Below are positions 35,221-43,024 of a DNA stretch of 43,024 bases, piece after piece. Origin of the DNA: a virus. Taxonomy: Duplodnaviria > Caudoviricetes. Made by a program: the position numbers and the translations under genes. The notes beneath the pieces are model-generated. The model saw nothing but the letters and a program-made list of their open reading frames with translations. It ran no database searches and was not told the origin of the DNA. The stretch lies in IMG/VR virus record IMGVR_UViG_3300049982_000043, positions 1 to 43,024 of that record. One strand, written 5' to 3'. Every line of letters starts with the position of its first letter. Within the stretch, counting starts at the first letter, position 1.

Positions 35221-35865
35221 GTGACCGACAACACCTACACCCCGCGCCCGGGTACCAAAGTGGCACAAGCGACCCAAGCAATGCTCGATGGGCCAATGCC
35301 GACGGTAGCCCTGGGGGCGGTGATGGATTGTCCGCCAGGGAACGTAAGCGCATTCCTCAAGCCTGCCCTGGAGAACGGATTCATCATCAAGCTGAAAGAT
35401 GAATCCGGGCTGCTTCACTTTTCGCTCAAGGGAATGGTGGTCGACGAACGATTCACGCCATTCGATTCAGGAGGCGGAGGGACGTCGCCCAATGCACTCG
35501 GGAAGCCGCTCACTGAAGCGCCGCTTGTCCGTTCCGTCAAGTCGCCGGCCGTAGGGCCCTCGGCGGCCGCCATAGCCTTCGCGAATCCATTCGCAAAATT
35601 CCGCTCCTCTACCGCAGCGCCACGTGAAACGTACGACGAACTGAAAGAGCGGTTGAAGAGGCCAGCCGGGGCAAAACCTGCAGCTGAGGCTTCGCCGCCG
35701 CCGGCGTCGCCGCTCACCCAAGATCCTGCTGTTGAAAAATTTGTTGCCGGCATGTTTTCGAACGGGGACCTGCAGATCGCCGTCGGTGACAAGAACATTA
35801 CCCTCTGCCTCGACCATACCCGCCAACTGCGCACTTTTCTGGACAAAATCAAGGAGATTTCATGA
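35221..35865 (+). CDS. Hypothetical protein with N-terminal wHTH-like region
   Basis: 214 aa, GTG start after GAGGA; TVALGAVMDCPPGNVSAFLKPALENGFI. Confidence 0.6.
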   Translation: MTDNTYTPRPGTKVAQATQAMLDGPMPTVALGAVMDCPPGNVSAFLKPALENGFIIKLKDESGLLHFSLKGMVVDERFTPFDSGGGGTSPNALGKPLTEAPLVRSVKSPAVGPSAAAIAFANPFAKFRSSTAAPRETYDELKERLKRPAGAKPAAEASPPPASPLTQDPAVEKFVAGMFSNGDLQIAVGDKNITLCLDHTRQLRTFLDKIKEIS

Positions 35866-37613
35866 CTGAACAAACCCTACAGGATTTGCCGCTCGACTCG
35901 ATACGCCCGGCACCTGACAACCGCAAGCGGATGGACCCGGCCAAGTTAAAACAGATGGCCGAAAGCATCAAGGAAAAGAAGGTTATGCAACCGATCCTTG
36001 TTCGCCCCATCCCGCACAAGAAAGGCGACAAGATCCGTTTCGAGATTGTCTATGGCGAGCGCCGCTGGCGTGGATCTGAAATAGCGGGCGAGCCTACCAT
36101 TCCCTCGATGGTGCGCGAGCTGTCCGATGCAGAGGCCGCCGAGATGCGCGCGATCGAGAACCTGCAGCGCGAGGACGTGCATCCGCTCGAGGAGGCCGAG
36201 GGCTATAACACGCTGATCAAGCAGCATCACTATACGATCGAGCAGCTGGCCAGCAAGGTGGGCATGAGTAAAGCCTACATCCACACCACAGTAAAGCTGC
36301 TCGACCTGGTACCGGAAGCTCGTAAGGCATTCTTTGATGAAAAGTTGACCAAAACTACCGCATTGATGCTCGCACGTATTCCCGTAAAAACGCTGCAGGC
36401 GAAAGCGGTCAAGGAAATCACGGACGAAAATCGCCATCAAGGGCCGATGTCCGCTCGCGCCGCCCAGGAGCACATTCACGACGACTACATGCTCCAGTTG
36501 AAGGCTGCTCCGTTCAAGACAAACGATGCAACGCTCTGTCCTTCCGCCGGCGCCTGCTCCGAGTGCCCGAAACGTACCGGCAACCAGCCGGAACTGTTCG
36601 CAGACGTGGAAAGTGTGGATGTGTGCACAGATCCCGTTTGCTTCGGCAAGAAGCGTGATGCGCATAAGAAGCGCCTAATAACTCTGGCCAAAGACAAGGG
36701 GCAAAAGATCATTAGCGGTCCCGACGCGAAAAAGATCATGCCCTACTTCCACATGAGCAGCCTCCAGGGTGGATTTGCCCCCCTGGACAGCAAGTGCCAC
36801 GACGACACGAAGAAGCGCACATACCGCCAGATCCTCGGCAAGTCGGCGAATGCGACGCTATTGGAAAACCCTCACGGCGACGACCTGATCGAGATCGTGC
36901 GTCTGTCCGACGTCGAGCAGCTGCTAAAAGAGAAGGGCATCCAAAAGCCGCGCAGCGTATCCAGCTCAGTCAGTGCGGAAGAGAAGAAGAGGCAGGAGAA
37001 GGTCAAGATCGAAAAGGAATTCCGGCGCCGGCTGTTCACAGCAGTGCGTGAGAAGCCAGTCGGTCTTTCAGTGGAAATGCTGCGCGTGATCGCCACAAGC
37101 CTTTACTCGAACATTGACCAGGCCGCGCGCCCCTTGATCATGGAGTTGTATGCGTTCGACAAGGCGGTGAACGAGTGGCCGGACCGGGACAAGAAGCTGC
37201 GCCTCGCCATCGAATCGATCGATCCGAAAGCCCTGGTGCAATTTGTAGTCGACCTGGCGCTGGTTGGTGATATCTCGGTCAATCAGTACGGCGTGGAACG
37301 AAAGCCCGAGCAGCTGCTGGCGGCCGCTGCGCGCGCCGGTATCGACGCGGAACAGATCAAAGCCACGGTGAAGGCCGAAGCAAAAGCCAAGCTCGACACC
37401 AAGAAGAAGCCGGCGGCCAAGAAGGTAGCAGCCGTGCCGGTACCGAAGAAGGCTGCAGCGAAGAAAGCGGCGCCCGCAAAGAGCGCTGAGCCGGCCAAGA
37501 AGAAAGTGCAATCCAAAACTGCAAAGCCAGCGGCGCCGGGCGGTACAGGCGTCGTGAAAACCGTGCTCAATCCTGCCGTAGCATGGCCATTCCCAACCGG
37601 GACCAGGCCGTGA
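35862..37613 (+). CDS. ParB/Spo0J-like protein with Cys cluster and histone-H1-like tail
   Basis: QPILVRP...IVYGERRWR...IENLQREDVHPLEEA ParB motifs; CSECPKR...CTDPVCF; Lys/Ala-rich tail ending WPFPTGTRP. Confidence 0.85.
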   Translation: MTEQTLQDLPLDSIRPAPDNRKRMDPAKLKQMAESIKEKKVMQPILVRPIPHKKGDKIRFEIVYGERRWRGSEIAGEPTIPSMVRELSDAEAAEMRAIENLQREDVHPLEEAEGYNTLIKQHHYTIEQLASKVGMSKAYIHTTVKLLDLVPEARKAFFDEKLTKTTALMLARIPVKTLQAKAVKEITDENRHQGPMSARAAQEHIHDDYMLQLKAAPFKTNDATLCPSAGACSECPKRTGNQPELFADVESVDVCTDPVCFGKKRDAHKKRLITLAKDKGQKIISGPDAKKIMPYFHMSSLQGGFAPLDSKCHDDTKKRTYRQILGKSANATLLENPHGDDLIEIVRLSDVEQLLKEKGIQKPRSVSSSVSAEEKKRQEKVKIEKEFRRRLFTAVREKPVGLSVEMLRVIATSLYSNIDQAARPLIMELYAFDKAVNEWPDRDKKLRLAIESIDPKALVQFVVDLALVGDISVNQYGVERKPEQLLAAAARAGIDAEQIKATVKAEAKAKLDTKKKPAAKKVAAVPVPKKAAAKKAAPAKSAEPAKKKVQSKTAKPAAPGGTGVVKTVLNPAVAWPFPTGTRP

Positions 37614-37864
37614 GCCTGCGACCAATTACCCAGGCTGAAAGCGATGCATGGGACGCGCAGCCGGGCACCGATGTATACGGGCGCCCGTGGTCGTCCTGGG
37701 ACCGTGTGATCGTTTCGGACCGCCAGGCCGATCTGATCGCCGCGCAGCTCCAGATGTGCGCTAGCAAAACACCTGCGAGCGAGCGAAGCCGGCATGCCGG
37801 CCGGGCCGGGGGGGCAGACAACTCCCCCGGCAGTGCTGACACCCAGATGCAGCTTGCACTATGA
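37610..37864 (+). CDS. Hypothetical protein
   Basis: GTGA/ATGA overlaps with both neighbours. Confidence 0.45.
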   Translation: MSLRPITQAESDAWDAQPGTDVYGRPWSSWDRVIVSDRQADLIAAQLQMCASKTPASERSRHAGRAGGADNSPGSADTQMQLAL

Positions 37865-38157
37865 GACCCGAGACCATGGAAGACGAAAACAAGAAGGCCG
37901 AGCACCGAGCCTATGCGCGTGGCTACCAAGCCGGACGGAAGAAGGCAAAGATCGAACGAACTGCCGAGCAGGCTCAGAAGGAAAGGCAGGCGCGCCTGCA
38001 GGCGTTTCTCGATAAAGCGTTTCTTGCCGCCCTGCCATTTGCGATGACGCAAACAACCTGGTCGCTTGAGGGTAAGGCGATCAGCACACCCGACGAACGG
38101 GTCGAGCTCGCGTGGCGCGTTGCTGTGCGAGCGCTGAAGCAGCGGAGGTCCGCGTAA
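37861..38157 (+). CDS. Hypothetical protein
   Basis: 98 aa; YARGYQAGR; overlap chain. Confidence 0.6.
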   Translation: MRPETMEDENKKAEHRAYARGYQAGRKKAKIERTAEQAQKERQARLQAFLDKAFLAALPFAMTQTTWSLEGKAISTPDERVELAWRVAVRALKQRRSA

Positions 38158-39221
38158 TGGCCGAGCAAAGCAAAATCGAGTGGTGTGACCACACTTTCAA
38201 CCCATGGGAAGGTTGCCAGAAGGTCGGCCCGGGTTGCGATCATTGCTACGCTGAGACGCGCAATGCGCGCTACGGTGGCGGTATCGCGGTCAACTGGGGC
38301 CCAGGTGCGCCGCGACGCCGTACAAGCGTCTCGAATTGGAAGAAGCCACTCCAATGGAATGCAGCGCATGCCGCCTTCTTCGCTGAGCACGGACGTAGAC
38401 AGCGCGTGTTCTGCGCATCGCTGGCAGACGTGTTTGACAATGCAGTCGATCCGGCGTGGCGCATGGACCTTTTCAGCCTCATCGCCCAAACACCAAATCT
38501 TGATTGGCTGTTGCTTACAAAGCGCATCGGCAATGTGCAGAAAATGAGTTCGGGCGATGGGCTAATGTTCGACATGATCGCGCGGCGCGTGTGGCTTGGC
38601 ATCTCGGTCGTGAATCAAGAAGAGGCTGACCGGGATATTCCGAAGCTGCTGGCGGTACCTGCCGCAAAACGGTTCTTGAGTATGGAGCCGTTGCTGGGCC
38701 CGGTGGACCTGCTGAAGAACTCGGACCCGCTGTGCCGCTGCGACGGTTGCATGAGTATGGCGCGCAAGCACCCGGAGCACCCTGGTCTGCAGCGAATCGA
38801 TTGGGTGATCGTTGGCGGCGAGTCAGGCGCCGGTGCGCGCCCGATGCATCCGGATTGGGCTCGAAGTCTGCGTGATCAGTGCACAGCCGCCGGCGTGCCG
38901 TTCCTGTTCAAGCAGTGGGGCGAATGGTGGCCCAACTTCGGCGCTGACGACGACATGGCGCCGGTCTACGACTTTGCGGACGGCGATTCCGGCACATCCG
39001 ATCATGGCGCGCCGCCTCCGGGTGTCCCATGCTGTGCATCCGCCAATGACCCAAAGGCATATCACTGGGAAGGCTACCGATACGACGAACCCGGAAGCGG
39101 TGATGGAAGTAACAACTTCACCTCGTACAAAGTCGGCAAGAAAGCCGCCGGCCGCCTGCTCGACGGGATCCAGCATGACGGCTATCCATTGACCAGAACG
39201 GCGAGGTCGGAGTGCGATTAA
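38157..39221 (+). CDS. Phage Gp37/Gp68 (DUF5131) three-Cys-motif protein
   Basis: SKIEWCDHTFNPWEGCQKVGPGCDHCYAE, VFCASLADVF, LLTKR, SMEPLLG, WVIVGGESG, FKQWGEW. Confidence 0.9.
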   Translation: MAEQSKIEWCDHTFNPWEGCQKVGPGCDHCYAETRNARYGGGIAVNWGPGAPRRRTSVSNWKKPLQWNAAHAAFFAEHGRRQRVFCASLADVFDNAVDPAWRMDLFSLIAQTPNLDWLLLTKRIGNVQKMSSGDGLMFDMIARRVWLGISVVNQEEADRDIPKLLAVPAAKRFLSMEPLLGPVDLLKNSDPLCRCDGCMSMARKHPEHPGLQRIDWVIVGGESGAGARPMHPDWARSLRDQCTAAGVPFLFKQWGEWWPNFGADDDMAPVYDFADGDSGTSDHGAPPPGVPCCASANDPKAYHWEGYRYDEPGSGDGSNNFTSYKVGKKAAGRLLDGIQHDGYPLTRTARSECD

Positions 39222-39418
39222 TCCTTGGACGCAGCGACAGTAGCGGCGTAATTCGTCGCCAACGCCTGAAGGACGGCAACTACCATCTGCGGGTTATCGT
39301 GACCAAAGAATTCGTAAGTCAGCTCCTTGGCCGATTGAAGCTGAGCTGCCGTGACGGCCTTCGCCTTTTGAATTCTCACGTCTTGGGTTGGGGTTATTTG
39401 CCTGGTTTCAGTGGCCAT
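39218..39418 (-). CDS. Small hypothetical protein, opposite orientation within pL operon
   Basis: 66 aa filling the gap between Gp37/68 and J-domain genes; AT-rich upstream. Confidence 0.5.
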   Translation of the reverse strand: MATETRQITPTQDVRIQKAKAVTAAQLQSAKELTYEFFGHDNPQMVVAVLQALATNYAATVAASKD

Positions 39419-39456
39419 ATCAGTCTCTTAAAAAACTATCGGAAGGTAATCCTAGC

Positions 39457-40035
39457 ATGATCGCCGCCTACCCCCTCACCTGGCCGCCGATGTTTCCGCG
39501 TGCCACGCGCCGAGATGAGGGCCGCTTCAAGGCCTCACTCGCAGCGAGTCTAAAAAACGTGCAGGACAGCCTGCGGCTGTTCGGTACCGACTCCGGGAAG
39601 AAGCTCGGCGACCTGGTCATCAGCAGCAACGTAACACTGGGCGTGAACAAACCGGCTGACCCAGGCGTAGCTGTGTGGTTCACCTGGGACGGCCTGCAGG
39701 TATGCATCGCCGTTGACCGGTACAGCAAGGTCGAAGGCAACCTGCAGGCGATCCACCACATCGTCGAGGCCCGCCGTGTCGAACTTCGGCACGGAACCCT
39801 GGCGCTAGTGCGCGCATCATTCCAAGGCTTTAAAGCCTTGCCGGCGCCGGTTGGGCGCACATGGCGCGAAGTGATGGGGTTTCCCCCTGCCGCTGCCATC
39901 TCGGCCGAAATGCTCAAGAGCAGATACCGGTCGCTGGCATCGGAGCGCCATCCCGACAAGAAAGGCGGCTCGAACGATGCGTTCGCGGCGCTTGGCGCGG
40001 CGCTCGATGAGGCACACAAGGAGCTCGGACTATGA
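39457..40035 (+). CDS. Phage J-domain-containing protein
   Basis: AYPLTWP N-terminus, DPGVAVWF, C-terminal J domain with HPD (YRSLASERHPDKKGG). Confidence 0.85.
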   Translation: MIAAYPLTWPPMFPRATRRDEGRFKASLAASLKNVQDSLRLFGTDSGKKLGDLVISSNVTLGVNKPADPGVAVWFTWDGLQVCIAVDRYSKVEGNLQAIHHIVEARRVELRHGTLALVRASFQGFKALPAPVGRTWREVMGFPPAAAISAEMLKSRYRSLASERHPDKKGGSNDAFAALGAALDEAHKELGL

Positions 40036-40130
40036 AGTGGCTCATCATCACCGTAATCGTGATCGCCGCCGTCGGTGCGTGCGCCTGGTGGTTTTGCTGT
40101 GAAATGGACAAAGACATGGATGGGTATTGA
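40032..40130 (+). CDS. Small membrane peptide (32 aa, not in ORF track)
   Basis: AAGGAG SD, ATGA overlap; MKWLIITVIVIAAVGACAWWFCC. Confidence 0.5.
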   Translation: MKWLIITVIVIAAVGACAWWFCCEMDKDMDGY

Positions 40131-40131
40131 G

Positions 40132-40947
40132 ATGACCACACTGGTAACGATTAGCGACGAATTCATTGACCGCCTGATACTGGCTATCTGCGAAATGCCG
40201 GACCGGAATAGCCCTGAGGAGTATCCCGAATGCATGGCGGTGACGCCTGCAGAGCTACGCCAATACATCCGAGGAACGGAAGAGCGATTTGCTGATAGCG
40301 GGGAATCAATTCTCGCATCCCGCCCGGGGGATCCGGCAACCGTAGGCGAGCTCATTGCCCGGCTGCGCCAAGGCGACGCAGATGCACAGATAGCAGCGGA
40401 TTTGCTGGAAACGCGCGCTCCTGTCAGCGATGCGCCGCCGGTATCGGCAGGCCACTCCATGGCGCAACGGCTCCGAGAGGTTGCGTCATTCCTTCGGAGT
40501 GCGCGCGGTGATCTGGAGGCCGATGCGGCCGTAGATTGTGACCGCGCGGCAAGTTGGATTGAGGATTCGCTCGCCTCCCCCGTTCCTGATGTGCGACCAC
40601 AGGGAAAATACGCAATGAGCAAAGAGCAGCCGCAGTACGATCCGGCACCACAGTACTCCTACGGCCCACAAGGCGTCATCATGACCAACGCCGATAAGAT
40701 GCCGCCGTATCGCACAACGCTGGAATTGCCGGATGAGCAGATACGGTTCCGGTTTTTCAAAAACCTGAATGATGCGCAGCGGCTTGCCGTGTTCAAAGCG
40801 TTCGGCGTCTATCCCGACAACTGCAACGAGTCGCTGAACCACATCATCGAGCGGAGACTGCTGGATGCCATTCTCAAGCGCAAGCCCGCCGCCCCATCAG
40901 CATCATCGGTCCACGATTCCGACTGCGCCAGGACTAATAAGCAATGA
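40132..40947 (+). CDS. Mosaic hypothetical protein
   Basis: 271 aa from MTTLVTIS; several short modules joined by low-complexity linkers. Confidence 0.6.
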   Translation: MTTLVTISDEFIDRLILAICEMPDRNSPEEYPECMAVTPAELRQYIRGTEERFADSGESILASRPGDPATVGELIARLRQGDADAQIAADLLETRAPVSDAPPVSAGHSMAQRLREVASFLRSARGDLEADAAVDCDRAASWIEDSLASPVPDVRPQGKYAMSKEQPQYDPAPQYSYGPQGVIMTNADKMPPYRTTLELPDEQIRFRFFKNLNDAQRLAVFKAFGVYPDNCNESLNHIIERRLLDAILKRKPAAPSASSVHDSDCARTNKQ

Positions 40948-41333
40948 GTAGCGCTGGCCTAATCCTTAGCCTGCTTGGCGCGCTCACGAGCTTAGCCGCG
41001 CTTGCTGTGACTCACTATCGACCGAAAGGAAATCGCATGTCTACTGAAACTACAGCGCCCGCAATGAAGATTTTTCAACTTGACGACTGCGACTGGTATG
41101 CCGCCCCGGACTTAGAGTCCGCGATTCAGTTCGCGATGAGCGAGACGGGGCTAACGCGAGAGGACTTCGAGGACGCCGAGGAAGTGCCGGAAGGTGCAAT
41201 GCATTTCCTTAAATATCACGATTCCGACGGCGAAGGCGGCCCGGTCACAATCAGGACATTTGCTGAACAGCTTGCCATCGAACTGAAAGACGGCAAGCCA
41301 TTCCCCCGCCTTTTCGCCTGTACCGAGTATTGA
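40944..41333 (+). CDS. Hypothetical acidic protein (alternative start at 41037)
   Basis: ATGA overlap at 40944 adds a TM segment; AAGGA SD before 41037; DDCDWYAA...FACTEY. Confidence 0.6.
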   Translation: MSSAGLILSLLGALTSLAALAVTHYRPKGNRMSTETTAPAMKIFQLDDCDWYAAPDLESAIQFAMSETGLTREDFEDAEEVPEGAMHFLKYHDSDGEGGPVTIRTFAEQLAIELKDGKPFPRLFACTEY

Positions 41334-41365
41334 TGTTGAAACAGTTGTAAGGTTCGGAGACTAGA

Positions 41366-41614
41366 ATGAGTGATTATTTGTCCGCAGACGAATTGGCCGA
41401 CCTGGTTGATTGCAAGCCAAACCAGCGGGTAAAAATGGCCGCGTGGCTGGATGCAAACCGCTGGGAATACGTTGTCGGGTCCAGTGGATTGCCGAAGGTC
41501 GCGCGCGCCTACCGCGATCGTAAGATGGGTATCAGTGAAGGAAAGGCACAATCAAAATATGCCGAAACGCCAAACCTCCAAGCCTTTGCGCAAAGAGCGC
41601 TTGCCCGGGGCTGA
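41366..41614 (+). CDS. xis: Excisionase-like protein (DUF4224-like)
   Basis: YLSADELADL...WL..NRW......G.PKVAR; immediately upstream of and overlapping int. Confidence 0.75.
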   Translation: MSDYLSADELADLVDCKPNQRVKMAAWLDANRWEYVVGSSGLPKVARAYRDRKMGISEGKAQSKYAETPNLQAFAQRALARG

Positions 41615-42779
41615 TCGCGTCCAGAAGTATGTCGGCAAGCGGAAAGTGTCGTTCTATTACCAGCACGTCGACGGCACCAGCGAAACGATTGCGAGCGCCG
41701 AGATCGGGGACCGCAAGGCCATTGCCGAAGCCGAGGTCATCGCCAGGCGTAAGGCCCTCGACATCCAGCAGGGGAAAATCATTGCCGGATCCGTCGCTGA
41801 AGCGATCGAGCGGTTCCGGCTCGAGATCGATCCGACCCACTTCCTATCCCAGTCAAAAGACGCGAAATCGGTACGTGACGGCGAATACGCGAATCTGAAA
41901 ACAATCTTCGGAGGCATGCAACCGTCCAGCCTCAAGATGATCCATGGCTATCAATACTTGGATGCCCGGGCCGCCGAGGGGGCTCCCATCAAGGCAAACA
42001 AGGAAATGGCCCTCATGTCGACCATGTGTAATAAGTGGGTCCGCTGGGGACTCATTGAGGTAAATCCGTTCATCGGCCTGGAGCAGAACAAGGGCGACAA
42101 GGACGTGCGGACGGTGCAGCGCCACCACATCATTCGTTTCTATCTGTGGGCCCGACGGCAAGCCAATCCGGTATTCAAGACCGCGGGATGTGCTGCGCTG
42201 TTCACGTACCTGACCGGCTTCCGCGCCGCCGAGGTCCGCCCGTTCCATGTCTCCGGACTCCGGCCGGAGGGCGTCCAGGTGGTCAGCGCCAAACGCAAAA
42301 AGGGCGAAGAACCGATCGTCAAACTGCGGGATTGGTCGACCAGGTTACGCGTCGTCGTCGAGCGTGCGAAACAGGCGGCAAAGGAGAAAGACGGGAAAAT
42401 CGCCAAGGTGCGCCCATGCCTCTTTGGCAACAAGCACGGCCAGGCGTACACCAAAAGCGGTTGGGGTTCCATCTGGGAAGACGCCATGTGGGAATACATT
42501 GCGTCGATCGACGAGCTGGCGGCCGCTACCCTGGTGTTGAAAAAAGAATACGAGGTCAATCGCCGCCGGGATAAGACGATGCCGGCCTTCAAGGCGGAGT
42601 TCAAGACAATTGATCACCCGATGTACTTTTCGTTGCTCGACGTGCGGCCGGCGGCCATCACGAAGAAGAAAGAACAGCGGTCAGCGGATACCTATGACTT
42701 TGCCGCGCATGCGAATCCGGCCACCACGGACAGGCATTACGATCGCAGGAAAGTTAGGCGCGCGAGCGCAACGGAGTGA
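41559..42779 (+). CDS. int: Tyrosine integrase
   Basis: TGFRAAE (R), LLDVRP (xxxR), AAHAN (H), HYDRR (Y); adjacent to attR. Confidence 0.9.
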   Translation: MPKRQTSKPLRKERLPGADRVQKYVGKRKVSFYYQHVDGTSETIASAEIGDRKAIAEAEVIARRKALDIQQGKIIAGSVAEAIERFRLEIDPTHFLSQSKDAKSVRDGEYANLKTIFGGMQPSSLKMIHGYQYLDARAAEGAPIKANKEMALMSTMCNKWVRWGLIEVNPFIGLEQNKGDKDVRTVQRHHIIRFYLWARRQANPVFKTAGCAALFTYLTGFRAAEVRPFHVSGLRPEGVQVVSAKRKKGEEPIVKLRDWSTRLRVVVERAKQAAKEKDGKIAKVRPCLFGNKHGQAYTKSGWGSIWEDAMWEYIASIDELAAATLVLKKEYEVNRRRDKTMPAFKAEFKTIDHPMYFSLLDVRPAAITKKKEQRSADTYDFAAHANPATTDRHYDRRKVRRASATE

Positions 42780-42786
42780 CCGAATT

Positions 42787-42848
42787 TTTCCGACGGAACC
42801 CCGCAAAACCGCATGATACCGTGGCATAAAATGGAGTTTCGTCGGAAA
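42787..42848. promoter_or_regulatory. Putative integrase arm-type sites
   Basis: TTTCCGACG (42787-95) and inverted CGTCGGAAA (42840-48). Confidence 0.7.
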
Positions 42849-42897
42849 ATCAAAAATCTAAGCCGATGTAAACAAAGGGGAAAAAGCAGTTTGAAAA

Positions 42898-42949
42898 CAG
42901 GATTGTGATTCCTGTTGTCGCGGGTTCGAGTCCCGTCGGCCACCCCACA
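42898..42949 (+). repeat. attR core (duplicated 3' half of tRNA-His)
   Basis: 52-bp identity to 76-127. Confidence 0.95.
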
Positions 42950-42960
42950 AAATTCAAGCA

Positions 42961-42994
42961 AAGAGCCCGGTTATTCGCCGGGCTTTTTGTTTTT
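42961..42994 (+). terminator. Host tRNA-His terminator displaced by the prophage
   Basis: AGCCCGG-TTATTCG-CCGGGCT followed by a T-rich tract. Confidence 0.85.
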
Positions 42995-43024
42995 TGTGCG
43001 GCTCTACGTCCCCGCAACCCGCGT

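Larger units (their letters stand above)
76..42949. mobile_element. Complete temperate podovirus-type prophage (~42.8 kb) in tRNA-His
   Basis: att direct repeats, int/xis, cI/cro, replication, terminase, portal, capsid, short-tail and ejection genes, lysis cassette; no tape measure or tail tube recognised. Confidence 0.95.

Noticed and set aside
42557-42575. NRRRD in the integrase insertion as another c-di-GMP motif
   Set aside because: Does not fit the RRxxD pattern of CI and Cro; a short Arg-rich match is expected by chance
42898-42949. Second tRNA-His gene
   Set aside because: Only the 3' half from the anticodon stem is present; it is the attR duplication

Overview
The window is one apparently complete temperate podovirus-type prophage of about 42.8 kb. 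It is integrated in a tRNA-His(GTG) gene and bounded by a 52-bp direct repeat (attL 76-127, attR 42898-42949). The host is probably a betaproteobacterium (inferred from sequence motifs). Minus strand, right to left: cro, replication and nin-like small genes, terminase, portal, scaffold, major capsid, tailspike, holin, adaptor, nozzle, ejection proteins, a 2236-aa polyvalent protein, endolysin and Rz/Rz1. Plus strand: cI, accessory genes, the pL early operon (ParB-like, Gp37/68, J-domain), xis and int. The immunity region is lambda-like, with three 17-bp OR operators and two OL operators. The most notable candidate system is a phage c-di-GMP circuit. The giant, probably virion-ejected protein contains a GGDEF (SGDEF) diguanylate cyclase domain with intact catalytic motifs and no I-site, and both CI (ERRTSFGRRSTD) and Cro (GRRKED...RRKTD) carry added Arg-Arg-x-x-Asp motifs resembling c-di-GMP-binding motifs. 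Other highlights are a structured ~270-nt capsid mRNA leader with repeated GUCGCG hairpins and a 10-bp start-codon-sequestering helix, an anti-Shine-Dalgarno sRNA candidate, and a Gp49/66-family (possibly Acb4-like) nucleotide-sponge gene. All family assignments come from motif recognition by eye; no database searches were run.
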